Positions 39,583 to 47,918 of a stretch of 64,000 nucleotides of DNA are shown here, piece after piece; positions within the stretch are counted from its first letter, which is position 1, and each line of letters opens with the position of its first letter. The notes below the pieces were generated by a model. That model saw nothing but the letters and a program-made list of their open reading frames with translations. It was not told the DNA's origin and made no database searches. This DNA comes from a virus: the IMG/VR virus record IMGVR_UViG_3300024255_000002; one strand, written 5' to 3'. A program made the translations under genes and the position numbers.

Positions 39583-39746
39583 TAAGACTAATATTTACAG
39601 CGTCAATATTGTGGATTGCTGTTGCATTTACTTGGGATCCTTTTGTTACTGCTGTTGAGAAAACACAGGCTGTTGACAAAACGAAAGAAATAGTGTATAA
39701 TGTAATTAATAAAGTGAAGGAGAAAACTAATAATGTTGAAAGTTAA
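39579..39746 (+). CDS. Small membrane protein
   Basis: N-terminal TM. Confidence 0.5.
   Translation: MIRLIFTASILWIAVAFTWDPFVTAVEKTQAVDKTKEIVYNVINKVKEKTNNVES
39673..39701 (+). promoter_or_regulatory. Intragenic sigma70 promoter TTGACA-17-TATAAT
   Basis: Perfect consensus upstream of 39733. Confidence 0.75.
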
Positions 39747-40353
39747 TAAGTTAGTATTACTTTTTGTTGTAGGTTTAACGTTAGGTGCATGTAGCACTGG
39801 AACTTACAATATCAAAAGTGAGAAGAAAGATTCCGTTAGAAAAGTACCTGCTTGGTACATGGCGGATATTGCTGAAAGAAAAGCATGTGATAAGAAGATA
39901 TACGGTGAATCAAAAGATAAACAGTGTATCTATGGTGTTGGAACAAGTGTTTCACCAGACTTAGAACTTGCTATTGATAAGGCAAAGATGATTGCCAAGG
40001 CTGAAATGGCAGACATCATACAAGGTGAAATGAACAAAAAGATTAAAATTTTTGTTGCTGAGGTTGGTAAAACACAACAGAAAACTATTGTGTCAGATGT
40101 AGAGTCTGCTTTAGTGAACCAAATCTCTCAAACACCTGTTAGAGGATATGAAGTATTTGCTCAGGAAGTTACAATGACTAAGAATGGTTATTATCGTGCT
40201 TGGGTAGGTTTAAGATTACCTCTAGGTAACTTTAACAAAATGTATAACTATTCTGTTGATACAGTTGTGGATGCTTATAAGTTAAAACAACTTGCTGAAA
40301 AAGCATATGACAGTGTTGAAGTAGTAGAGGAACAAAATGGTAACAATTTATAG
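39733..40353 (+). CDS. LPP20-like lipoprotein
   Basis: Lipobox LGAC; VPAWY, GVGTS.S.DL.LA.DKA...AKAE. Confidence 0.65.
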   Translation: MLKVNKLVLLFVVGLTLGACSTGTYNIKSEKKDSVRKVPAWYMADIAERKACDKKIYGESKDKQCIYGVGTSVSPDLELAIDKAKMIAKAEMADIIQGEMNKKIKIFVAEVGKTQQKTIVSDVESALVNQISQTPVRGYEVFAQEVTMTKNGYYRAWVGLRLPLGNFNKMYNYSVDTVVDAYKLKQLAEKAYDSVEVVEEQNGNNL

Positions 40354-40597
40354 TAAACCAAATTGCGTATTTTGTGATAAGTCTAAGGCCTTGTTAAAAG
40401 GCCTAGGCATTAAGTACGAAGAAAAAATGTTTGGTAAAGATTTTAATACACCTGAAGAACTATACGAAGCAGTAGGTAAACAGGTGAGAACTATGCCACA
40501 AGTTATTATTGATAATAAACATATCGGTGGTTATAATGAGTTAGTTGAATACTATACAGACAAAGGATTAGTTAATTTTAAAGGTGAAAAGGTTTAA
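40337..40597 (+). CDS. nrdC: Glutaredoxin
   Basis: CVFC, TMPQV, IGGY. Confidence 0.92.
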   Translation: MVTIYSKPNCVFCDKSKALLKGLGIKYEEKMFGKDFNTPEELYEAVGKQVRTMPQVIIDNKHIGGYNELVEYYTDKGLVNFKGEKV

Positions 40598-40953
40598 TGT
40601 CAGTTGAAAATAATATAATAGATTTTCCTAAGAAGTTTAAAAGACAATCTACGGAAAAAGATGCAGAAATGCAAAAAAGAATTGCACAAGAACATCAAAA
40701 GATATTTTGTCAGGCAATGATGGATGAAATAACTGAAGCTATTTTAGTCAAGTTACATAGTGAAAACTTAAATGTAACAGGAAAAGATTTTTTAAAAGAT
40801 TATAAACTTGTATCAGAGGCTATAAAATCTATGATGTATAGAACACAAGAGTTAAAACACGGATTGCAAGAAAGAGTTGATAGGGCAGTAACATCGACAT
40901 ATAATAAAAATAAAACTATCAACACAATATCGATAGACCTCGATAAGCTATAG
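40597..40953 (+). CDS. Hypothetical protein
   Basis: NIIDFP N-terminus; coupled ORF. Confidence 0.6.
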   Translation: MSVENNIIDFPKKFKRQSTEKDAEMQKRIAQEHQKIFCQAMMDEITEAILVKLHSENLNVTGKDFLKDYKLVSEAIKSMMYRTQELKHGLQERVDRAVTSTYNKNKTINTISIDLDKL

Positions 40954-41043
40954 AATTCCATAAGGCACTTTGGAATAGATTGTATATGTGGCAAGTATAT
41001 GATCTTATAATTAACGCCAACTATATAATAAAGGAGTGAATAA

Positions 41044-41376
41044 ATGTTTAAATCATTATTCTCAAACGACTCATTAAAAGTCGTATCAAAATCAAAAAAA
41101 ACTGTAACAAGAGGCAGAAAAACTTTGTCAAAAAGACAAAAAGTTTTAAACCTTTTAAGTAAAGGTAATGAAGTATCTTGGAAAGTTTTAAGAACTAAAT
41201 TTGATTTAGTTTCTCCAAGAGCATTAATTGATACTTTAAGATCAGAAGGCAATATGATCTATATCAATAAAACTGCTAAAGGAACTGCTTACAGAATGGG
41301 TAACCCAACTAAAGCGATTATCGCTGCTGGTATCCAAAAGTTATACGGAACTCCGTACGCTTACGGCAATAACTAA
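41044..41376 (+). CDS. Small basic winged-helix-like DNA/RNA-binding protein
   Basis: KVLNLL..G...PRALIDTLRSEG..IY; AAGGAG SD; followed by a UUCG hairpin. Confidence 0.55.
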   Translation: MFKSLFSNDSLKVVSKSKKTVTRGRKTLSKRQKVLNLLSKGNEVSWKVLRTKFDLVSPRALIDTLRSEGNMIYINKTAKGTAYRMGNPTKAIIAAGIQKLYGTPYAYGNN

Positions 41377-41397
41377 TATTAGATTAGTACATATTTT

Positions 41398-41415
41398 GGT
41401 GGCCTTCGGGCCACC
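41398..41415 (+). terminator. cUUCGg tetraloop hairpin
   Basis: GGTGGCC-TTCG-GGCCACC. Confidence 0.75.
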
Positions 41416-41434
41416 ATATCCACAAAATTCCACT

Positions 41435-41442
41435 TATAAATA
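41435..41442 (+). promoter_or_regulatory. Late promoter TATAAATA
   Basis: Exact consensus. Confidence 0.75.
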
Positions 41443-41448
41443 ATATTA

Positions 41449-41517
41449 CGATAACAAAACGGAGCTAGCAAATGTTATCGAAAGGTAAGTGAAAGCTAGC
41501 GGTAGTAGCTTACCTTT
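41449..41517 (+). ncRNA. Candidate structured RNA (two hairpins, both loops containing GCUAGC)
   Basis: Stems CGATAACA/TGTTATCG and AAAGGTAAG/CTTACCTTT. Confidence 0.55.
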
Positions 41518-41547
41518 AAAACTATATAACAAAATGAGGAGAAACTT

Positions 41548-42024
41548 ATGACAGTTCAATCACAAGCTTTGGATTACGCTGGTTCAACAGCACCAATGCT
41601 TTCAGAAATACTAAAAAAAGTATCAGACGCTAAAGACAAAGCATCTAAAATTTCAATACTAAAAGAAAATGATTCAGTACCTTTAAGACAGATATTAAAG
41701 GGTGCATTTTATTCTAAGATAGAATGGGAATTACCTGCTGGTGAACCACCTTACACTGTGAACGAGGCACCTGCTGGAACAGAGCATACAACCTTACACA
41801 CTGAGGCCAGACTATTATGGCACTTTGTTAAGGGCGCTGATGTGAAAACATCTAAATCTAAAAAAGAAATAATGTTTATTCAAATGCTAGAAGGATTACA
41901 CGCTAACGAGGCAAAACTTTTATTAAATGTAAAAGATAAGAAATTATCTAAGGTTTACAAGGGTTTAACCGAGACCGTAGTTAAGACAGCATTCGATTGG
42001 AATGACGATTACAAAACTGCTTAA
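41548..42024 (+). CDS. Conserved T4-like hypothetical protein (DUF6433-like)
   Basis: LPAGEPPY, EIMFIQMLEGLH..EA.LL..VKDK.L. Confidence 0.7.
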   Translation: MTVQSQALDYAGSTAPMLSEILKKVSDAKDKASKISILKENDSVPLRQILKGAFYSKIEWELPAGEPPYTVNEAPAGTEHTTLHTEARLLWHFVKGADVKTSKSKKEIMFIQMLEGLHANEAKLLLNVKDKKLSKVYKGLTETVVKTAFDWNDDYKTA

Positions 42025-42151
42025 TCACTAAATAATAAAAAGCGATTCGAATACTAAAGGTGTGACATTTTTGCAACAGTGCAGGATTGTCGCACCCTAT
42101 ATTATTGTTGATTTTACTTGGTTATTTTATCATCTTTTTTGAATTTTTTGC

Positions 42152-42180
42152 TTGTATTATGCAGTAAAATAGTGTATTAT
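42152..42180 (+). promoter_or_regulatory. sigma70-like promoter TTGTAT-17-TATTAT
   Basis: 17 nt spacing; upstream of the SD at 42214. Confidence 0.5.
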
Positions 42181-42213
42181 ATAAGTATAAAAACAAACAA
42201 AAGGAGAATCAAT

Positions 42214-42399
42214 ATGTCAAAAATAAAACAATACATTGAAACATCAGTAGAAAATGCTGTTGATAAAATAATTAAAACATTAAGTGATGGTCAAATAGAC
42301 TTTGATACTTGTAAATCAAAGATATTAGAACTTGATAACCTATCAATGGTAGGAATTGATTCAGAAAATGTTGATGAAGTTATATCGGAGAACATATAG
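42214..42399 (+). CDS. Hypothetical protein
   Basis: AAGGAG SD; start re-called at MSKIK. Confidence 0.6.
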   Translation: MSKIKQYIETSVENAVDKIIKTLSDGQIDFDTCKSKILELDNLSMVGIDSENVDEVISENI

Positions 42400-42728
42400 T
42401 GAAGAAATCATTTTTTATATTATTTTTATTATTCATGTACACTTGGTCTTGGTCTATCTTTAGTGTTGCCAAGGCAGATGAATATGGCAAGACAGTTGTT
42501 GGTCATGTAATAACTAATGCTAAAGAGATTGATACAACTGCTTTGTTAGAAGCAGAACTACAAAGACTTGCTCATAATTATTCTATTGAAATGATTGGTA
42601 TACTACAGGTATATTTACCTAGTATCTTAGACAGTGTTGCTGCTGAAATGAAACAAAATGCTGATAAAACTTTTAAATGTGCTTTATTAAAAGGAACAGG
42701 AAACGATTGCAAAAATGAAAACAACTAA
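42399..42728 (+). CDS. Exported hypothetical protein
   Basis: Signal peptide ending AKA-D. Confidence 0.6.
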   Translation: MKKSFFILFLLFMYTWSWSIFSVAKADEYGKTVVGHVITNAKEIDTTALLEAELQRLAHNYSIEMIGILQVYLPSILDSVAAEMKQNADKTFKCALLKGTGNDCKNENN

Positions 42729-43128
42729 AAAATCGAAGGCCTTGAAATTTAGAAAAAAAGTGAAATTAAATATGAGCACTAATAAACAATATATTACCAC
42801 TTACAAAGACATTAAAAAGTATTTTAAAGAATTAAACATACTTATTTTCAATAATGAGTTATCACCGTTTAACCAGATTGAAATTAAAGACCTAAGACGT
42901 GAGAAATGTGTGGGTCAAGTTGTAACTATGGAATGGAAAAGAAAAGGCACTAGAATATATAAACTAGAAATGATGCCGAAGTATTCCAACAAAAGAGATT
43001 TTATGGACACTTTAGTCCATGAAATGGTACATTTGTACCAAATGGTAAACAAAGGCGATACCGGTAACCACAATGAAATGTTTTATTCATTTGAAGGAAA
43101 AGTTAACTATATCGGACTACAACTATAA
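42715..43128 (+). CDS. SprT-like zinc metalloprotease
   Basis: TLVHEMVH...H..F. Confidence 0.75.
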   Translation: MKTTKKSKALKFRKKVKLNMSTNKQYITTYKDIKKYFKELNILIFNNELSPFNQIEIKDLRREKCVGQVVTMEWKRKGTRIYKLEMMPKYSNKRDFMDTLVHEMVHLYQMVNKGDTGNHNEMFYSFEGKVNYIGLQL

Positions 43129-43141
43129 TAAGGATAATATA

Positions 43142-43417
43142 ATGAGTAAGAGTGAGAAGAATCAAATTGATGAGTGGTTACAAACACAAATCAGAAAAGG
43201 CATAAACATAGTTGATTATGTTTGGCAAAATAAATCTAACAAGTGGGAACTATATTACACAGGACATTTGCATAAAGATATCCTAGATAACTTTCCAGGT
43301 AGAACTAATAAAAAAATATTTGCAGGATACAAACAGTATTTAAATAAACCAAATCTAATGTTTACTCAAAAGAAATTTGATGAACATGGATATAACTACT
43401 ATGTAAGGAGTATATAA
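43142..43417 (+). CDS. Hypothetical protein
   Basis: AAGGA SD; start re-called at MSKSE. Confidence 0.55.
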   Translation: MSKSEKNQIDEWLQTQIRKGINIVDYVWQNKSNKWELYYTGHLHKDILDNFPGRTNKKIFAGYKQYLNKPNLMFTQKKFDEHGYNYYVRSI

Positions 43418-43725
43418 TGACACAACCAAGAGATCATGGACGAAAGTTGAAGAAACAAGAAAGAGAAATCCTACAAGGAGTTGTTGACGGTAAAGGATAC
43501 TATAAAACACCAATAGTTAGTGTTGATGATAATGAGAATGTAATTGACACACTAGTTAATTTGTACTTAGAAAAAATAGTTACCTTTGAAAGAAAATATG
43601 ACGTGGATTATGTAAGTGACTCTAGTAGGCACCTAATAAGACAGAAATGGTATGTTATAACACTTGATAAGAATATGCCTTTAAAAAACCTTAAACTATT
43701 ATTGAAAAATGGTAAAATTGCTTAA
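43417..43725 (+). CDS. Hypothetical protein
   Basis: Coupled ORF with GGAG SD. Confidence 0.55.
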   Translation: MTQPRDHGRKLKKQEREILQGVVDGKGYYKTPIVSVDDNENVIDTLVNLYLEKIVTFERKYDVDYVSDSSRHLIRQKWYVITLDKNMPLKNLKLLLKNGKIA

Positions 43726-44434
43726 AAATACTGATTGGGATTTAGTAGTAGATAGAACTTGGTTTTATACTAAACTTATTTTTTCTTTGTGTTTAGTTGC
43801 CTTTATTTCTTATAAAGTAGGACAATATTATCCTAGTAAGAAGGCACTGGCACAGGAAATGAATAAGATGGAAGACCTTTATATTGAAAAAATAAAAGTC
43901 TTAGAGTTAAAAGAACCAGAGTTTGCTTATACAAATGATGTTCAATTTGTAAGAGCAATGCATAAATGTATAGACTATGTAAACTTTACATTACCTAGAG
44001 ACAAAAGAATACCTTATGAAATGATTATTGCTCAGGCAGCTTTAGAAAGTGGTTGGGGAGAAAGTCGTTTTGCTAAAGAAGCAAATAATCTATTTGGTAT
44101 TAGAACATGGAGTAAAGAAGTGCCAGGTTTAAGACCTTTAGGTGTTAAAAACACAACTTGGAAAGTAAGAATATTTGATACAAAGTGTGGAAGTGTAAAA
44201 GAATATATCCGTATTTTAAACGAACATCCTGCCTATAAAGAATTTAGAGCAGTAAGAAAACAATATTTTGTTAGAAATGTGGATCCTAATCCATTACAAC
44301 TAATAAAAAACATTGATAAATTTTCTACTACAAAAGACTATGATGTTAGAGTCAGTAGAATTATCAATAAGATAAGAGAACTTGAGTCAACTTATGCCAG
44401 TGACAAAAGTATAACTAATAACGAGGAGAGATAG
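43709..44434 (+). CDS. GH73 glucosaminidase (Bax/FlgJ-like), membrane anchored
   Basis: IAQAALESGWGESRFA..ANNLFG, LNEHPAY, FSTTKDY. Confidence 0.85.
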   Translation: MVKLLKNTDWDLVVDRTWFYTKLIFSLCLVAFISYKVGQYYPSKKALAQEMNKMEDLYIEKIKVLELKEPEFAYTNDVQFVRAMHKCIDYVNFTLPRDKRIPYEMIIAQAALESGWGESRFAKEANNLFGIRTWSKEVPGLRPLGVKNTTWKVRIFDTKCGSVKEYIRILNEHPAYKEFRAVRKQYFVRNVDPNPLQLIKNIDKFSTTKDYDVRVSRIINKIRELESTYASDKSITNNEER

Positions 44435-44435
44435 T

Positions 44436-44837
44436 ATGAATAAATTGATGGCAACTATAGTAACAATTATGTTATTAAACACAAACGTATATGCTGAGGA
44501 ATTAACTGAATTTCAAAAGTGGATTGCAGAACCAGGTGCTGAAGTTGAACAGTATGTTCAGGCAACCAGAGATAACAGCGATGGAACTTGGAGAATACCT
44601 GATGAAAATCTAATAATGAAAAAGATTGATGACAAAGAGAATTTTTGGTTTGTCCTTAATACAAAAAACTGTTGGGTTTTCTATGTAAGAGGTGATAATG
44701 CTGAACAAGCATTTTACAACTATACATCAAATACAAGTAGTTATGGTTTTAACTTTGCAGGTAGAGAAGATGAGATTATGCAACTTAAAAAGAAGTATGG
44801 AATCATTAAAACTTTGGGAGAAGTTAATCACTCTTAA
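44436..44837 (+). CDS. Exported hypothetical protein
   Basis: Signal peptide VYA-E. Confidence 0.6.
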   Translation: MNKLMATIVTIMLLNTNVYAEELTEFQKWIAEPGAEVEQYVQATRDNSDGTWRIPDENLIMKKIDDKENFWFVLNTKNCWVFYVRGDNAEQAFYNYTSNTSSYGFNFAGREDEIMQLKKKYGIIKTLGEVNHS

Positions 44838-44840
44838 TGC

Positions 44841-44869
44841 TTGACAAAGTGTTAAAAATGTGATAGTAT
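44841..44869 (+). promoter_or_regulatory. sigma70 promoter TTGACA-17-TAGTAT
   Basis: Near-consensus. Confidence 0.7.
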
Positions 44870-44875
44870 ATGACT

Positions 44876-45034
44876 ATGAAAAATAGACAAGAACAAAAAA
44901 GACTTATACAAAATGCTGAAAGAGCGTGTAAAAACGCTCAATCAGATTGGGCAAAGAAATACTGGTTCGGTGTATTTGAACAATTGTGTAAGAAATATAA
45001 TATGATGAACTACTATATAAAGTCGATACACTAA
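44876..45034 (+). CDS. 52 aa hypothetical protein (not in ORF track)
   Basis: MKNRQEQKRL...WAKKYW; stop overlaps the next ATG. Confidence 0.55.
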   Translation: MKNRQEQKRLIQNAERACKNAQSDWAKKYWFGVFEQLCKKYNMMNYYIKSIH

Positions 45035-45612
45035 TGAATATATTTTACGTTGATAAAAATCCTGCTACGGCAGCAAAGATGATGTGTGATAAACATATAA
45101 TTAAGATGATACTTGAGTCTGCTCAAATGCTATGCACGGCAAAACGTGTGCTAGATGGCAAAGAATATATTGCTAAAACAAAGAACGGCAGAAATATCAA
45201 AAGATGGAAACTTGATAATCCTAATGAAGAAGCAACTATCTACAAGGCAGGTTGGTTAGGTCACCCTAGTACACAATGGGTTCTAAAGTCTGCTTACAAT
45301 TACACATGGTTATACAAACACATGATTGCTCTAAATGAAGAATACAAACTAAGATGGCAAAAAGATAAAGATCATGTTTCTATTACAAAACTAGGTCAAC
45401 TATTATCTGTTCCACCTAAAAATGCACCATTAGATATTTTAGGTACAGATGCTACACCAGCAATGCCAGAACATTGCAAAATAGTAGGCGATGTAGTAGG
45501 GTCTTATAGAAAATACTATATACTAGAAAAACAAAGATTTGCTAAGTGGGAAAAACCAAATGCAGTAATGCCTGATTGGTATAAAAAAGGAATAGAACAA
45601 AATGCCAGGTAA
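45034..45612 (+). CDS. Pyrimidine-dimer DNA glycosylase/endonuclease V-like family protein
   Basis: MNIFYVD...CDKHIIKMILESAQML, HPST.W, AMP, YRKYY. Confidence 0.7.
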   Translation: MNIFYVDKNPATAAKMMCDKHIIKMILESAQMLCTAKRVLDGKEYIAKTKNGRNIKRWKLDNPNEEATIYKAGWLGHPSTQWVLKSAYNYTWLYKHMIALNEEYKLRWQKDKDHVSITKLGQLLSVPPKNAPLDILGTDATPAMPEHCKIVGDVVGSYRKYYILEKQRFAKWEKPNAVMPDWYKKGIEQNAR

Positions 45613-45727
45613 GTGGGATGGAAAAAGCAGGATTCCTAATAAGCAATATAGGGAAAACTATGACAAAATCTTTAACAAAAAAAAGAGTACAAAAAGAGAA
45701 ACCAAAAATATACGAAAGAAATCCTGA
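45602..45727 (+). CDS. 41 aa basic micro-protein (not in ORF track)
   Basis: MPGKWDGKSRIPNKQYRENYDKIF. Confidence 0.45.
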   Translation: MPGKWDGKSRIPNKQYRENYDKIFNKKKSTKRETKNIRKKS

Positions 45728-45812
45728 TACAGGAGTTATTCGTTGGCGATATGTTGGTGAGTCACCAGATAAATATGGATGGCCGAACTATGGCAGAATA
45801 TTACAAAAGTGA
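45660..45812 (+). CDS. Small hypothetical protein
   Basis: KPKIYERNPDTG.I..R motif. Confidence 0.5.
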   Translation: MTKSLTKKRVQKEKPKIYERNPDTGVIRWRYVGESPDKYGWPNYGRILQK

Positions 45813-45830
45813 AAATGGAAAGAGAACATT

Positions 45831-45995
45831 ATGGCATTGAGTCAAGTAAAACAAAGTAAACAATTTAAACTTGATGTTACAGACTATCAGGATGTTGCAG
45901 ATTGTATAAGAAGTGATCAAGTACCTGCTAATCATATTGCAGAATACTTTAATGATAAAAAGTTTTTTAACTGGTACAAAAGGAAATACTTATGA
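45831..45995 (+). CDS. 54 aa hypothetical protein (not in ORF track)
   Basis: MALSQ...ADCIRSDQVP...WYKRKYL; coupled to the next ORF. Confidence 0.5.
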   Translation: MALSQVKQSKQFKLDVTDYQDVADCIRSDQVPANHIAEYFNDKKFFNWYKRKYL

Positions 45996-46102
45996 CATTA
46001 GGATACGGACTAGCATTAGGATTTATAGGAATAACATTAACAGTAGTAGGATGTTATGTTCTACTAATTATGTATGAAGTACATAAAGGAGATGATAAAT
46101 AA
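45992..46102 (+). CDS. 36 aa single-TM micro-protein (not in ORF track)
   Basis: MTLGYGLALGFIGITLTVVG. Confidence 0.45.
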   Translation: MTLGYGLALGFIGITLTVVGCYVLLIMYEVHKGDDK

Positions 46103-46106
46103 ACAT

Positions 46107-46292
46107 ATGATTAAAGAAGCACTAATAAAAAAATTAGAAGGTGATATAGCAGTTGCAGAAGCAGACTTAAAACTATTTTTAGCAGAACCTATTGGCGTTG
46201 CTGAACATATAGATTATGTTGAAACAGCAGAGAAGAAAACTGCTAAATTAGCAGAAGCAAAAGATAAGTTACAAGCTATCAAAAATCTGTAA
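46107..46292 (+). CDS. Conserved small hypothetical protein
   Basis: PIGVAEH motif within a coiled coil. Confidence 0.6.
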   Translation: MIKEALIKKLEGDIAVAEADLKLFLAEPIGVAEHIDYVETAEKKTAKLAEAKDKLQAIKNL

Positions 46293-46606
46293 TGCCAATC
46301 TATACATTTGAAAATAAAAAGACTAATGAAGTCTATGATGAAATGATGACCATTTCTGAAATGGAAGAATATCTTAAAAAGAACAAACATGTAAAACAAC
46401 AGATTACAAGTGTTAATATTGTAGGTGGTGTTAGTGGTATTAGTTATAGAGGTGATCAAGGATGGAAAGAAGTGCAATCTAAGATAGCAGAAGCACATCC
46501 ACAAAGTCATCTTGCAAAAGAACATAGAAAAAGATCAATTAAAGAGATAAAAACAGATCAAGTAATTAAAAAACATAGGGCTAGACAACATGGAAAAAAT
46601 AAATAA
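46292..46606 (+). CDS. FmdB-like small protein
   Basis: MPIYTF.N..T.E...MTISEMEEYL; GWKEV.SKI. Confidence 0.6.
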   Translation: MPIYTFENKKTNEVYDEMMTISEMEEYLKKNKHVKQQITSVNIVGGVSGISYRGDQGWKEVQSKIAEAHPQSHLAKEHRKRSIKEIKTDQVIKKHRARQHGKNK

Positions 46607-46609
46607 TAC

Positions 46610-46724
46610 TATACAAAGTGAGCAACTGAAAAGCAACGGTCGTATACCAGAGACGAGTAGGTCAATCCACTTTTTGTATAATTCCATAAAAAGGGCAGGA
46701 CTTCCTGCTAGGAAGCTTGCCCTT
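46610..46724 (+). ncRNA. Candidate structured intergenic RNA/leader
   Basis: Closing stem TATACAAAGTG/CACTTTTTGTATA plus hairpin AAGGGCAGG-CTTCCT/AGGAAG-CTTGCCCTT. Confidence 0.45.
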
Positions 46725-46740
46725 AATTAAAGGAGAACTC

Positions 46741-47136
46741 ATGGCAGATTTACCAGATTTTATGAGAGAGTTTGATACAGATGTAGATTACGGTTTTACA
46801 GCTGTTTCTTCAAAACCAGAAACAGAAAAACAACCAACTATTGATCCATCAGTTATTGAAAACTCTAATTTAGAATTAGCGAAAGTTAAAACAGATGTTG
46901 CAGATATCAAAACAATGATGAACGAGATAATGCAAATTACAGCAGAAAAAGAAACTGTTACAAAAGAAATACAGGACGCTGACACTGTAAAAAGATTTAA
47001 AGAAATAGAAAAAATAGTATTACCATTTTTATACAACTTATCAAAATCAAATGAGCCTTACATACACTGGCCGAATAGAGCGCCGATAATTAAGGCACAA
47101 ATGGATAAGTTATTACAACTAACAAGAGGAAAATAA
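46741..47136 (+). CDS. Conserved T4-like hypothetical protein
   Basis: DYGFTAV; LPFLYNL.K..EPYIHWPNR. Confidence 0.65.
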   Translation: MADLPDFMREFDTDVDYGFTAVSSKPETEKQPTIDPSVIENSNLELAKVKTDVADIKTMMNEIMQITAEKETVTKEIQDADTVKRFKEIEKIVLPFLYNLSKSNEPYIHWPNRAPIIKAQMDKLLQLTRGK

Positions 47137-47606
47137 TGAAACTAAGTAACAATTTTAGCTTAAGCGAAATGACTAGAAGTCAAACAGCTACTCGTAGGGG
47201 AATTAACAATAACCCTAGTGAAGATCACATGAATAATTTAAAAGAGTTATGCGAAAACGTATTACAACCTGTTAGAGATCACTTTAAAAAAGTGGTTTCA
47301 ATATCTAGCGGCTATAGAAGTCCAGAGTTGTGTGAAGCAATAGGATCATCTAAAACATCACAGCATGCCAAAGGCCAGGCTGCAGACTTTGAAATTCATA
47401 GTCTTTCAAATGCTGAACTAGTAAAATGGATCAGTGAAAATTGTGAATTCGACCAAATGATATTGGAATTTCATAACTTAGATGAACCGAACAGTGGTTG
47501 GGTGCATTGCTCATATAGAGCAGATGGTGAAAACCGAAAACAAATATTGAGAGCATATAAAAACGATAGTAACAAAACTTGTTACGAATCTTACGATCCT
47601 AAATGA
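47136..47606 (+). CDS. Peptidase M15A (endolysin candidate)
   Basis: LSNNFSLSE, SSGYRS, SQHAKGQAAD, WVHCS. Confidence 0.88.
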   Translation: MKLSNNFSLSEMTRSQTATRRGINNNPSEDHMNNLKELCENVLQPVRDHFKKVVSISSGYRSPELCEAIGSSKTSQHAKGQAADFEIHSLSNAELVKWISENCEFDQMILEFHNLDEPNSGWVHCSYRADGENRKQILRAYKNDSNKTCYESYDPK

Positions 47607-47685
47607 AAGGAAAAACGGGATAAATTAAGACAAAGTCCCGATTTAATCAATGATCATATGATGGAATATAGATCATCATAGGTGC

Positions 47686-47714
47686 TTGACATTCTTCTAT
47701 TTTTGTGTTATAAT
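47686..47714 (+). promoter_or_regulatory. sigma70 promoter TTGACA-17-TATAAT
   Basis: Perfect consensus. Confidence 0.8.
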
Positions 47715-47738
47715 AGACACTTAAACAATAGGAGAAAT

Positions 47739-47900
47739 ATGGAAAATATAAAAAACTGGTTAATTGCAGAAAAAGAAAACATTATTGAGTTTCAAAAAAA
47801 GAGTTGGGAACAAGGTAAAGCTCAATTAACTGAAAATGGTGAAACTATAAATCAAGCAGTTGAGACAGTTACAACCTTTATTCAATCATCTTTGATGTAA
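47739..47900 (+). CDS. Small hypothetical protein
   Basis: GGAG SD; start re-called at MENIK. Confidence 0.55.
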   Translation: MENIKNWLIAEKENIIEFQKKSWEQGKAQLTENGETINQAVETVTTFIQSSLM

Positions 47901-47918
47901 CAATAGGAAAAATATATT

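Noticed and set aside
46621-46667. Hammerhead ribozyme
   Set aside because: CTGAAAAG does not match the CUGANGA core, and no properly placed GAAA/stem set was found.
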